Shown piece by piece: positions 51,501-64,000 of a DNA stretch of 64,000 bases. Numbering within the stretch: the stretch's first letter is position 1; every line of letters begins with the position of its first letter. The stretch is from Phoronis australis (taxonomy: Eukaryota; Animalia; Phoronida): contig NMRA01000494.1 of assembly GCA_002633005.1 (NCBI GenBank), positions 1 to 64,000 on the forward strand, given 5' to 3'. Below the pieces are notes generated by a model that was not told the origin of the DNA, did no database searches, and worked only from the letters and a program-made list of their open reading frames with translations. Both the position numbers and the translations under genes were made by a program.

Positions 51501-52829
51501 TAGCCGGACTATATAGTTACCTTTTCTCATTTACAGAACATATTCACAAGTACAATAAAATCAAAATTATTGAATCTACTCGCCACGCTGCCAAACAACC
51601 ACCTTGTTGAAGTGATCTTTTATTGGTACTGCCTCAAGGTTGTTTATGAAACTTAAAATTCATGTTTGTGTATATTAAACACATTTTGTCATAAACTCGG
51701 ATTTTAATGCATTTTCAGTTTATTGAGACGTTTCTTTATTCTATACATTTAACCGGAAAATATTTTCAAATCAAACCATTTAACGGTCCCCGAGACTTTG
51801 CTGAATGATTTATTAATATAACACATTATGCCAATAATTCAGTCGTCAAAGACATTGGCTACGGCTTTTATTGTTGTATCAAGTAAAGGTGACGTATTCA
51901 AAACCAACGTGGGCTCAACAATGCGTTTTCTGAGATTGATGTGAACTCAGACCAATGGAATGGCCAGATCTTTAAGTAAATAGCGATAAAGATTGAGCCA
52001 GTGCTGTTTGTTGACCGACCTAAGTCGAAGTATTTAATTCTGGCAACGAAGCCTAAGTGGTTTATCGAATAGTTCAATGCTTTTCTTGGATAAGAATTGG
52101 TCGATGACTAACCAAGTCGCAATCGTGTTACGTAATCATCAGATAATTTTTGCGAAGAGGTAAACGTCACGCCGATTTTCATTGTTTATAATTATTTCGT
52201 CTTTTCATGGGATTCTGTAGCATATCTAAACAATGTCCGAAAATCGAATAGGCCTTGACAAGTATATGGGCATTTATGATCAGCAAGATAATGTTTCTTT
52301 CCATGCCATGGACGAAGGGCAACAGCTAGCTTGCATGTGATTGTTTCCCAAGTCACTGTTTCGCTGTACCTTAGCTACCGGCACTATACCTCTACTGTAT
52401 ACTGGAAACACAGCTGACCAATACAGCACAGCTAACGGAAGACAAAGCAGTTTTCCGGTAAGTATTTTCGCTTAATGAATTACACAGGCTATTGTTGTCA
52501 GAAAGTTTTTTGCACTTATTAATATCACCAAGTACCTACTGACAAACAAGACAGTGTGCCGAGTTTATTTTCATTTCAGTTCAGTCTCCATCCAATATTA
52601 CAAAACTTTTGTATTTGTTATTATTAATCTTCCTGTGAATTATTATTGTATTGAATGCTTAGTCAAGTAAAATTACCTAAGCCGACTTTACACATTGAAT
52701 TAAAGAAATGACAAAGGAATGCAATGCGCTTGATGAATAACAATCATCAAAATACACATTATTACCAATAAGGATGGTTAAAGCGATAAAAAAACAAGAA
52801 AATGAAAAACTCAAGATTGAGAATTCGAT

Positions 52830-53090
52830 GTCAAGCTAATAGAAGTATATTCTTGAACGAGCATTAAAAACTAATCACCTTATGTTCATCTACGAATGTG
52901 TTTGGCTAAAAGTATAGAAAGACTTGGAACGGTGAAAATCGAGTGATGAAGAGTGTTCCACAGAGCTGGTGCAACAACCGCGAAAGATACGATCACCATA
53001 CGTTTTTGTGTTGGATTGTGTATCTTTCATAATATGCATATATCATCGGGACGCAATTTTCCAGAAGGCTCCAAAATGCACACACGTTCC
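52830..53090 (-). mobile_element. L2/CR1-group LINE 3' ORF2 fragment
   Basis: The minus strand encodes KTYGDR..FAVVAPALWNTL (with a frameshift), resembling the L2-type C-terminal motif GDRAFSVAAPxLWNxLP. Confidence 0.65.
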
Positions 53091-53369
53091 CCAAGTACAT
53101 TTTAATCTTAATTGTTAGGTCCACTAAAGAAATTTCCTTGGAATCAGTGTTGTGGATTATTCTAGTAGGGGCTATTATTATTTAAAAGTCGGCGAGATTT
53201 AACAATGAATCATTAGCAGAAGTGCTATTATCAAACATTTTTAAAAATCTACAAACTTAAATTACAAAAACTTCAACTACAAGCGAATATACAATGTAGA
53301 TAATATACTGAACTTGAATATAAAAACAAAAGCATGTGTACGTGTTACGGGGTGTGTAGACATCTGTAG

Positions 53370-54260
53370 CAGTTCTCACAACAGCAGCTCGCAGAGAAAA
53401 AAATCGTGAGCGAGTGTGGCAAATTCATTCAAGGCAGTACATTGTCGCAGTGCCGATGCCAGTGAGTTCCATAGCAAAATACCCTTATGGGAGATTGAGT
53501 TACACCCATAAGTCATGGTATACACGTTTTACATAGAGACAGTCTTCTTCTCTGAGACCGTATCTTGACTCTCTTAATTCAAGCTTTCCTGACAAAGGGC
53601 AGGGTCCAATAACACGTACGTTTTTGAATATTTCAATAGATAAACATTTCATCCGCCAACTAGGAGAGCAGCTCCTAGTCTTATCTAAGGGTTGTGGGTA
53701 GCATGATTGACTGTTACTGAACAAAAATTGAAGCACGGTGTTGTATCTTTTCCATTTTCCTACTCTTCTGTATTACGCATATGTACCAAACAAGGGGGCA
53801 GTGATTAATATAACTTACGCTTACTGTTAGTACCTAAAATATTACGGAGACTGGACAAGGCATTCATTTGTCTAGAAACTTTTTTGTGGATAACGTCAAC
53901 GTGCTCATGAAGTTCACTGGCTGTCAAGTTGGACACCAAGCAGCTAAACACACTCTTCAATCACCGTATCACCGGACATGAGATAACTGTCAGTATTCCT
54001 AGATAAGATGATCGACTCGAATTTACCAGTGTTTACAGCCATTTCATTTGAGGAGAACCAATCCTTTGCCATTTGCCCAGCTGCCTTGAGGCTGAGGCGA
54101 ACAAAAGATACGGTGTTTACAAGAGGTTATTGCCATCCGCGTAATTGTATAACTTACAGCGACCGCTTATAGCGTAACATATATCATCGATAATAATGTT
54201 GAATAAAATGCGGCCTAGGACAGGCCCTTGGGGAACACCTTCATGGGACCCTTTCACTAC
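53370..54260 (-). mobile_element. Degenerate CR1/L2-group non-LTR retrotransposon RT fragment
   Basis: Minus strand: GVPQGPVLGRILFNIIIDD...LYNYADG, DWFSSNEMAVNTGKF, KCLSIEIFK, RYGLR, LLWNSL, interrupted by stops and frameshifts. Confidence 0.85.
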
Positions 54261-55344
54261 ATGCTCCTTAACTTGCTGTTTACAAACCTATAGTGTATAC
54301 CTGAGAGTCGTTTGATCAATTGCTGTTGTTGGCCTGATTTCTTTGATGTAACTTTTGATATTTATCACCTTGCCTGCTATATGTACATAAGCGTAGTGAC
54401 CCGGTATTATCCCAACAAAATACTCAACTGGGTATGAATTTTAAAATTCCAGATTTCTGTTAATGCACTGTGTGAAGGAGGACGGCTTAAGTTTCGATCG
54501 TCTTTATAATATTTGATTAGTTCACTCAAACTCTACCCTCACGCCTCCCTATTTATTTTAGAATCGCTATTTATTTAAAACAGAAAATATCAAAATTGCA
54601 AATAAAAGTTTCGGGTTGCATACCTACAATGCATCTTGCGCTGGATAGTCACTGGTATGAGAGTAAAAAATAATTCATAGGCACGCCTCACAGATAATTT
54701 CATGTTCCACTCGTCGCTGATCTGAATTAAACTTTTACAAAGCGGGCAACATTGCCGAAGTCGAACTTTATGTGCAGACTGTGGCGGTGTGCTGCAAAAT
54801 ACGTTCAAACAGTTTGTCGGGAATACAAACTACTGTACTTTGTCCATTTAAAATAAAATGAGTGCCATGCATCGAGGAAGACAATTATGGTTATTTCATT
54901 AAACATTGCATTCCATGCCTCCCACCCACATCTCAGTCACTTTGCCGTTCTCCACGGATGCATCTCACAATAGTAACATTACATCACATATCTCAGATGT
55001 ACATCTATTATACCGACCGAGATCTGATCGGGACCTGTGATTTATACATTGTGCCATCGTTTCACGTAATAATTTGTCATACGCCCCGATATTTCCAGTG
55101 ACAGTCAAGCATTTGACCAACTACGGACTCGACTTCACTGCGGATTGATCACGCCCACACGAAGTCCGGACGAGGCTAGCCTCGGTCCAACCGCACACTG
55201 GAACCCGCATCCAGACGCGGTGTAGCCGCGTTGAAAAGGAAAAGCTTTTCGATCAGCACTGTAGGTAAAAAACGAAGCCTATTTTCGGATATCCCTGGTG
55301 CCGTTGACGTTCATACAGACTGGGGATCAGTTTAACATCTAATT

Positions 55345-58300
55345 ATGGAAAACAAAACTACATCGTGGCTTGGTGAAGACGAACAGAAAAGGGAACCCGT
55401 GTGTGAGAAACAGTTAGGAGTCAACAAAGCGTTTGGAAAGTTAAAGGATTGGTCGTTGGACACTTGTACGAATGGAGTGCCGAATATTGCGCGAGCAGAC
55501 AACAAAGTTTCGCGCATTTTCTGGATCCTCATCACTCTGACGGGCACAGGTGAGTGTGATTATGTTTTACCTGAATGTCGCCTAGAGACGCCGTTGCATT
55601 ACAATGAATTCAAGAAACTAAATGTATTAAACGAATTTCAAAACCGTTCACACACTTAAACTTTTCGATGAATAACTTCACTAGTAGACGAATTGAAGGA
55701 AATGACAGCAAAAACAACCAATTCACAACAATAACCTGAACTTTAGCGCTGAGGCCAACTTGACATCATCTGGCGAAAACTTGTGAAGAACTTTTTCCGC
55801 AGTATTTGAAATCAATATCGTTCATGATTGTGACATGAAATTTCAAGTGATGGATTTTCACTTGCGCAGTTTTGGGTCAGCCCTGCCGCAATCTGTTTAC
55901 TTCTTAAAACGTGTACACCATCAGTTGAAGATGCGTGTGCAAGACAACTGAAAGCTTTTCTTGGAGTTTTACTGGATCCTAGTTATAGTCCTGTGGCCGG
56001 TTGCATGAAACAGTCCCAAATAGGGACTCAACTAAGTTCCCTAAATCTACTGCGTATTTTTTAACTTGTGAAAACATCGATGATACAAGTTGAGAATGAT
56101 TTCTACGTTGAATTGTCAATACTATCGAAAAAGTAGGGATGTTTTCGTGCAACACCCCCAATTTAAGGACTGAGTCCCTATTTATTTTCAATGAACTGTG
56201 GGCTCAGTTTTAGTTATATTATTATAAAATGTCATTAATCAAAGAGGTGCTCATAATAAAGGTGAAGTGACAAAAATATATTGTACCTGTGAATCCATAA
56301 CGACACAAATACATGTACGCAAAAATGCTTAGGGGCCTTAGGTTAAGTCCGTATTTGGGACTGTTTCACGCAACCGCGCACTGGTATCTTTACGCTCATT
56401 TGACACCAAATTTCCTGCAAGAATATGATCACTGGTGAAACACGAACACCAATTTGATTTTGATTTTATCTACTCGAGAATTAGGGTTACATGCAAGTAG
56501 GACCATAGAAAAATGTCTAAATTTGGCGAACTGTCGATCATATCTCAGAAATGGCAAAATCGTAAACTTTCATATAATAGGCTTTATACACTGTCCTCCA
56601 AAATATTATAAAGAATTTTTTTCAAAATGTTGCGTATTTGCATGAGGGGTTAACAAAAATAAGACTTTTATTACTTACGTGGAAAAGGGTACATAACACG
56701 AAAATAAAATGATAATTTAAAAAAAATGCAAAACTGTTTTTTGAGTTCTTGTCTTGGATATTTATATCAAATCAATTTTAATCAAATTATTGATACCGGT
56801 ATTTTGCTTAATCAATGCACTTTTCTTTTTGATTAGTTTTACTAACTTTTCATATTTTTGTTCCAGCAGGAAACCGCAGATAAGCATAGCGTGATCTAAG
56901 ATGACAATCAATTTTAAAAGCTACACTAAAGATTTTGAACTCGAAATAGAATTTAAAACTTAATGTAACATTCATTTAGAGTTCATAGTGACACACAACA
57001 GACATTTAGTTTGGAGATTTGCATGCGAGCCCAGCTATTTTCAAATGTGAGTTCTTGCCCCAGGCAGCAGGCGTCTCGCACCCGGAATGACGATTCGCCG
57101 CGCAGTAAAACACTAATCGGTGACTCAGAAACAAGTACCATTAGTATGAGATTATAGAAATGAATCTTTGAACTTTTTCAAAATTCAATTAAAACGACGT
57201 GTTGATGGACAGTCCCAACAAAATGAAGTAACACCTTGCCCATCACATTTACCGCTGTGAATTTCCACAAGCGCAAATCAAATATGGCGGAAATCTCGTG
57301 CACGCACTATCTGGTTCCTACTCTAAACGTTAGATGGTGTGTTTAGACCGGAAAACTCGGCTCGATTGAGTTCCACGTTCTTACCCCAGACACAAGTTCA
57401 CTGATGCCAAATAACGTCGTATGGAGGTTGCAAGATATTGTTTAGCTTGCGAGATCCATGGGCGTAAGGGCGTCGCATGGTTATCGCCTATGGGACACTT
57501 CCATTGCGTCTTTACTGGACATAACAATACAACGGGTCGCATGGGTATCGTACCTTGGGCTCACATGACTGAGCCCGTTACAGACAAATGCTTACTAGTA
57601 TCTTTATTTTAAGAAAGAAAAGGAAAGTGAACAATGGATACGCGGACCTATCCATATGTACGCGACGAGATTTCGATCTAATTTCCCGTAATTTGATTAA
57701 TCAGTAATGCACTTTTCCATAAGTGACGTTTAAGGTTTAGCATTTCACCGACATTTTTTCATAAAGATTGACTGTGAGAGCTGTCAAGTCAGTCATTGTT
57801 TTACCTCGGATGTGAAAAGTTCGGTCATCGTTTGCGTTTGTTTACGAGTCAGTTGAAATGCCGCACGGTTGCTGCGTACCGGGGTGTACACATTTTTGTC
57901 TAAAGCGCACTCTGGGAATGCCATAACATCGCTTTCCGACGGATGACACACTCTGCCGTACTTGGATCGTACAAAGCAGTGTGTGGAAGCATTTTCTGCC
58001 GTCGAATTACCAAGAGATGTGTACGCGGAAGTGATGATTGCACGAAACTGGCCTCGTGCTGACATAGAACGAGGTCAAATGACAAGATGACATACAGGTC
58101 GGAAGCACAACGACGTGCATGGCATGCACAACAATTTCACCACCTAACTTGAATATCTTTTAAATGTACTCTTCCTTTTTACACAGATGAGTTGCGGCAA
58201 TGGAAAGATATTACAAAAACTTAAACAACTCGCAGCTTTCAGCCCAAGCTATGTTCACCTTATTTTACTAATATTTTTTAGATTTTATTACAAAGCGGGC

Positions 58301-61300
58301 TGAGTCTCCGCGGAAACATCGTACTACACATGGTCACAGTTCCATGAGACAGCTGTCAGTCTCTACATTTTAGTTGTGATGCATTATCAAATATAAAATT
58401 GAAACTAAAAATTCATATTATATTCAGCTAAGTTTGAAAATATTTGGAGTTTTAGGCTTTTGGCTTGCGTTCAAATCCATTTTATGATTTCTTCATCTAA
58501 AATGAATCGGAAAGAGTATCTTCAACTGGCTCCAGATAATATGTTCGAGGAATTTTCCTGCTTCAGACAGGTATTTTACTGATGCCACTTGGATTACTAT
58601 ATGCTTGGGATTTGTCGTAGCATTTCACAACGTTTGTTTAAACATTCATCAGCACAATGGAGTACTGGTTCACGGGTACATGTACAAACGATAAAAACTA
58701 ATCCGATGATCGAGAATCCTGTGTATCGAATCTGTTAACTTATCAAGCCAATAAAGTTGCAGTATAAATTTTAATATTTGCATCGTATCCTTTGTAAACA
58801 TTTCTTTTGAAACTAGTGCCTACTAAAGCTTCTAATGCGTTTGTCAACAGTCGATATTCCTGCGAAATGATCAACCTCATCTCTCTCCCTAATACAAATT
58901 TAATTGTTTTAGCTGTGCCCGAAGAGACCTTGTAATACTTGACAGCTGCCAGACACTGTGAGGACTGTTTTCTCTGCACAACTTTCAGATACATTTAATG
59001 TATATTTCACGCCAAGATGAGGGTGTGTTTGCACACTTCTAAAATTAACCAAACACCTTCAATATCACATCTATACAGCCCGAAGTGACAACTAAATGTT
59101 GCCACAAAGCTCTGTTATGAAATCCAAGGGCTTATCGTGGAGACCACTGCCAGATACTTGAGTCACGCAGTATCTTTAGCTTGTGACCTGGCGGGCGTAC
59201 ATCTACCAGTCTCGCATTATTTCGGAGGAATTCAGCAAACATGCCACGTAAATCAGCTGACTTGTCATCACCTAGTACACTCCGATAATCACGTTTCTTT
59301 AACTATTGGTTAAAATACTAAAACTCAACGTAAAACAGTAGTGCCATAAATTCTAAAAGTGAACAATTGTTGTAGAGTTTATTGTCACAACGCCAGTGAT
59401 TATTTGCAAAAGATGCCTCGAACTTATTTTTTTGTTCCGAATCATTTTACATGTACACTTTACTTAGACGAATACTCGTCCAGCATCTCTGGCAAAGAAC
59501 TGGGGATATGGGACTTCAAGTGTATTATAAGGTCTCTTCGCGCACAGCTAAACTGAATACAGGAATCTCAAGAAGACTGATTGAGATGTCTTCCGTGGCG
59601 AATGCTTCTAATCACTTTATATCCAGGAGAGTAGAACTCCTAGCACTCGAGCAGAAGTTAATTTGTTGGCAAACAAAGGAGCAGTCGGGCTGACAATTGT
59701 AATTAATGCTGCTTTTCAGTTGAGGATGACAACAGAAACCCAAATTGAAAGATTTGGTGAGCCAAGAAGCTTGCATCTCTTCAGAGGTTACAATGAAAGC
59801 TCATTGGATTGTCTTCGGGAATACTCCGGCAGGCACTAATTGGTGTCTATTTATTTTCACAAACTATTGATAGATGGTATTCAATTAAGTGTGGAATGTA
59901 GTGTAGCCATTAAATTAATTTAAATAAGGTATGATAATCAATGTTTGAAATGCGCTTGATCTCCTACTACGTCACAAGAAGACAGCAACGGAGTCGGTGG
60001 GGAGTGGTAGACTGTATAGCGGCTTTGTTCAAAAGCGTATCAGTCGAAATGCATTTACCTGAACGTTGTCGATAGGAAGTCATTGTCGGATTAATTCATC
60101 GACGTAGTTGTTTCATCAAAACACACGCATGCTCATCTAAATTGTTCTTACTCACATTCCTTGATTCGTGTTTTTGTCAGATGATGACGTACGATTCTGT
60201 TGTGTTCTATTTTAACGTTTTGTAATAACACTACATCAATAAATTCGTTACAAATTATAGAACTTTCCTTTAAAGTCTGCTACAGATGTTGCAGGATGAA
60301 GACTGTAATAACTTTTTTCAGCAATCGTTACGTTTGTCTGCAACACCAATTTTTGTCGCGAAACTGCTCAATTGGAGCCACTCAAACGGGGTGAATGAAA
60401 GAGTATTAGTTCTGTGTTCCTTATCAGTCCTGCCCTAGATCAGCATACATAGCAGAAGCTTGCACCAACCCAACTTAGGGACTCTCACTTCAAAGCAGGC
60501 TCCTTCAAATCAATGGATCTAACTTCATTGTTGTAAGAACTTTATAGATTGTCTCTGTGACGCATGAGAGGGCTCTTGGAATCCAGTACTTTTAAATACT
60601 GCGTTGCTGTACAGAGACTGCTCGTCATCAGCTCTTTTCAAGAGCACTACTTCTGTTCAACTGTCACTCTGTCTTGTGTGACAGGACAACATTGCTTCGC
60701 TTTCCTTGGGCGCATATTGTAACTCACAAGGTCTAGCACAGTCTGTTCAGTTCAGTTTATTTGTACGACAGGTTGAGTCTACAGTTCAAATGCTAAATAT
60801 CCGATTCTCGATTCGTAGTCGATTCGTAGTCGATCCTAGCCTTCTTGTAACGTTCAACATAATAGGTTGTTTTATACACACTACGCTACGAGGGCTGTTA
60901 ACCATGAAGTGACCCATTTCTCGTTGTAGCATTTACCGTGGAACAAGGGTACGAGGCATTTGACAAATTCTTCAAACATCCCATTAACGTGAACATCAAA
61001 TACAAATCTGCGGCCCACTTGGAGTTTCCTGCAGTCACAGTATGCAATCTCAACCCTATCAGGTATTTTGTAGTGTTTGAAGCCACGGTAGTGTTCACTT
61101 TACCAGTAGTCAAACGTTTTCTAGTGTCGGCTCTTCTACTCCAAGGACCCCATCCATTTATATCAGTTTCCCGCGTTCCCTGCCTTTGCTTAAAGTGTCA
61201 TAAATAAGTAAAAAGTCGTCTTGAAAGCAAACATTTGAACATTTATACAATTATACGAAACGGACTTCTGGTGATTTCTCTGTTATTCTCAAAAGTTTAA

Positions 61301-62150
61301 GTAACACCAGATTTACGTTACAACGTTTCTTTTGCTGCATATTTTACCAGTTCCTAATACCGTTGGCACGCAAGTGTTTGCAAGACAGGAATATTATCAC
61401 AGGTTTCAGCAGAAATGCGTTGATTGTCCTAGAGGAAGTTGGTGAAATCATTGTTGGGTATTTCATTAATTTATCTCGGTATTATTACATAGCATACGGC
61501 GGTTATGACTGCAAAGTCTTTTATTGAATTACGAGTCGAGTGACATTGGTCTCGGATATTTTTGCGGGAATAAAAACAAGAAATAACATTCAGCTAAAAG
61601 GAGACTAAACCCTGTTTTAATGATTTCAACCAATCCTGGTTCTGTCACCTGCAAATGCATTATTGGCGTGAACCTTCCAAATTAAAGGCAGAACCAACTA
61701 AAAACTCATACTCCCAGTTTAACAAACTGAACAAAATGGTGAGTGGTATTTTCCTACATTTACGGCTGCCGTGTTACTCGCTAAAAGCGTTCTAGGTCAC
61801 GCTTGCCCGTTTAGCAGACTTTGAAAGGAGTATTTTGGCCTTCAAACTTTTGAGGGTTGTCGAGGGGTTACAAAGTTTTATTGTTTTAGTTTATAGTATC
61901 TGTTCATAGGCCAAAACCAGATTTGGTATTCTTAATATCTTTATTAAAAAGCTCCCAAAATCTGTTGAAGTGTTGTCGAGACATAGGCTACATGTGTGTC
62001 AGTGCCACTTTCCACATTTTATTAATTTTTTATTGTTGCTGATTGTGTCACAGGTTGTCGGCCATTACTGCTTACGCTCATCAACATCCACAACTCGCAC
62101 TAGCATTCGGCATTGGACACAACAACAGCAGTGACACCAACGGGACACAC
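55345..62150 (+). CDS. DEG/ENaC subunit, paralogue 2 (5' part; presumably continues beyond the window)
   Basis: Exons 55345-55549, 60930-61062, 62054-62150, with intron positions matching paralogue 1. Motifs WSLDTCTNGVPNIARADNKVSR and FPAVTVCNLNPIR. Possible microexon at 63061-63086. Confidence 0.88.
55994..56380. mobile_element. Harbinger-like MITE family A, copy 3 (opposite orientation)
   Basis: TIRs TGGCCGGTTGCATGAAACAGTCCCAAATA / TATTTGGGACTGTTTCACGCAACCGCGCA, flanked by a CTG TSD (55991-55993, 56381-56383). Confidence 0.85.
57858..58030 (+). pseudogene. THAP-domain remnant
   Basis: MPHGCCVPGC...*HRFPTDDTLCRTWI..VWKHF: the C2, FP, W and HF THAP motifs with an in-frame stop. Confidence 0.75.
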
Positions 62151-63699
62151 GTAAGTAGAGCTCTACTTCCGAGGAAGCAGTGTGCTGCTATTTGTTGGAG
62201 CAGCGTGTAAAAGTTAGGAATAATTTGAAGCCATGGCATATGTCAATACTAACTTCCAGACTTAAAGACCCATTTGGAAACTGTTTGCAAGACCACTGCA
62301 GTGAACGTAGAATGAACCGATAAGCGCAACTATATCATTAACAACCGATCATTAAGAAAAATAAATAACATTTACGGAGTACTGTAACACCGCTGACGCG
62401 CTGAAAACAAAATTAATGAGACTTATTTCCTCCATTTGCTCATGATTGGCTCAGCTGATTTTGCGTCACAAACGGACATGTCGGTCGATTCGGACAGTGT
62501 AACTGAGAACACTTCGAACCAATGTCCGAGGTAGGTAGGTAGACGATGCAACTTGGTTAATGAAAGATCCTGAAAAGGAAGATAAAGGCGAAGGACACAT
62601 ACCCCATGGACGGCGTCGTGAGGAATGTGTCTCGATTTACCCGAAAGAACCCGATGTTTTAGTCAACCTGTAACATCCGATACAATATTCTCTTCCTGTG
62701 ACCTCAAAACATCACGTGACAAATTTCTCGTGCGTTTTGAAAATTTAATAATGATGCTTTTCAAAGTACAATAAGTTCTAACGTAGCCCAAAATGCATTA
62801 AATAGTAGCCTTCAACATTCGAAGTGACGCTAATGAGCGTGCAATCAGTAGTTTCATCTCCAATTATGTCTTGTCACAGTGTACATGTAGTTCTTGAGAT
62901 ATCAAATGTTGTAATTCAGTTCACGCTCCATTTGTCTGTAAATATGTAACAGTAAAACAGGCGTGCGTTTTAACATAACCACTTACAACTACTTTCTGTC
63001 GTATTTGTGTCATTTCAGTATGCTTTTCCTATTTATGTATTATCTTGGCACTTTAATCAGTTGACCACAGACCAACAACCATGGAGGTAGGTTAAGTAGG
63101 CCTACAGTTCTTTTATACAGATGTTTTGTCTATTCATTTGTTAGCAGCATCATTCAAAATGTTATGGACGGTTTGGTTACAATTTCAAGATATCATTCTA
63201 AAACGTTTTGGGTGACCTGAGTTGCACTTCTAGGTTATCACTAGTAGGTTTAGACGTAAACTAACCTTACGTATATACACGAAGAAATCTATACAGGCTT
63301 TTGCTGGCATTATAAATAACATCTTAGTACTTTGTGTGTTGGTGATTTGTGGTGTACGCAGCAGTACCAGTACAAATCTTTGCTTGGTGCTCGGTTTTGG
63401 AGCTGTCACCACTTGTCACGGTCGTCAGTACATAGCTTCCCCCACAAGACTCGTACATTGCCTCCTCGTTGCAAAACACTGAACTATACGCCGGGATCCC
63501 ACTTGTCTTTTGAAATAACTGAAAAGCTGAAGCTCAACAGCGGAATTTTAAACTTGGACGACTAACGTCTTAAATCAGGAGTGAGATAATGCCTCTCCAT
63601 GTAAGGCGTTGGGAGGAAAAAGGTTATTGATACGGCCAATTGTCCCGGGGAAAGGGAATCATTGTACTTAGCGGGGTAAACATCAAGCGAAAGCAATTG

Positions 63700-64000
63700 T
63701 AAATGTGCCTGTTAACTTGGATAAAATGCCAAGCATCAAAAACAGAGGAATATAGCGTACCTTGATGCGGAGCTCTGTCTCCTCGAAGAGGAATTAATAC
63801 ACAGGGAAGAGAAGTTACTTCTGGTGTATACACTTACTATGGGGAACCACTGGACCCTACCGCATCGGCACAGAAGTGAAAGTGAAGTGACCAGACGCTC
63901 TGAGGAATCACTGATGCTTCGAGGTAAAAGGTTAAGTGAGATGAGCAGACAAGTAGAAGCAGTGGTAGTTTTCGAAGATATCTGTGTACACCAACTTGGC
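63700..64000 (+). mobile_element. Possible Penelope-like RT relic
   Basis: A frame open to the window end contains IAYLDAEL...LRGKRLS, and a second frame has SGVYTYYG. This only loosely resembles the Penelope RT thumb region. Confidence 0.3.

Noticed and set aside
62456-62530. Possible extra exon of paralogue 2 (AG...GTAGGT)
   Set aside because: The frame required by the phase-0 upstream donor contains a stop, and the homologous block in paralogue 1 has a TAG in the alternative frame. I treated it as non-coding.

Overview
AT-rich eukaryotic DNA with spliceosomal GT-AG introns, most likely from an invertebrate animal (it carries a Syt4-type synaptotagmin and DEG/ENaC genes). Most ORFs in the supplied track are spurious or are exon fragments. 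By hand I assembled five + strand genes: (1) the 3' end of synaptotagmin-4; (2) a complete 6-exon, 352-aa zinc-dependent MDR alcohol dehydrogenase whose motifs match my recollection of the bacterial phosphonate-catabolism-associated ADH family (TIGR03366-like); (3) a 3-exon, 465-aa Nodulin-like/Mch1-type MFS transporter 2.4 kb downstream; (4) a ~13-exon DEG/ENaC channel; and (5) the 5' part of its tandem paralogue. Both channels have Asn-Gly in place of the conserved His-Gly gating motif. Introns and intergenic DNA hold many transposons: two Kolobok-like TTAA elements, a foldback element with a 9-bp TSD, Harbinger- and hAT-like MITEs, THAP remnants and LINE fragments. There are two single-N assembly joins. 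All family assignments come from motif recognition, not from database searches.
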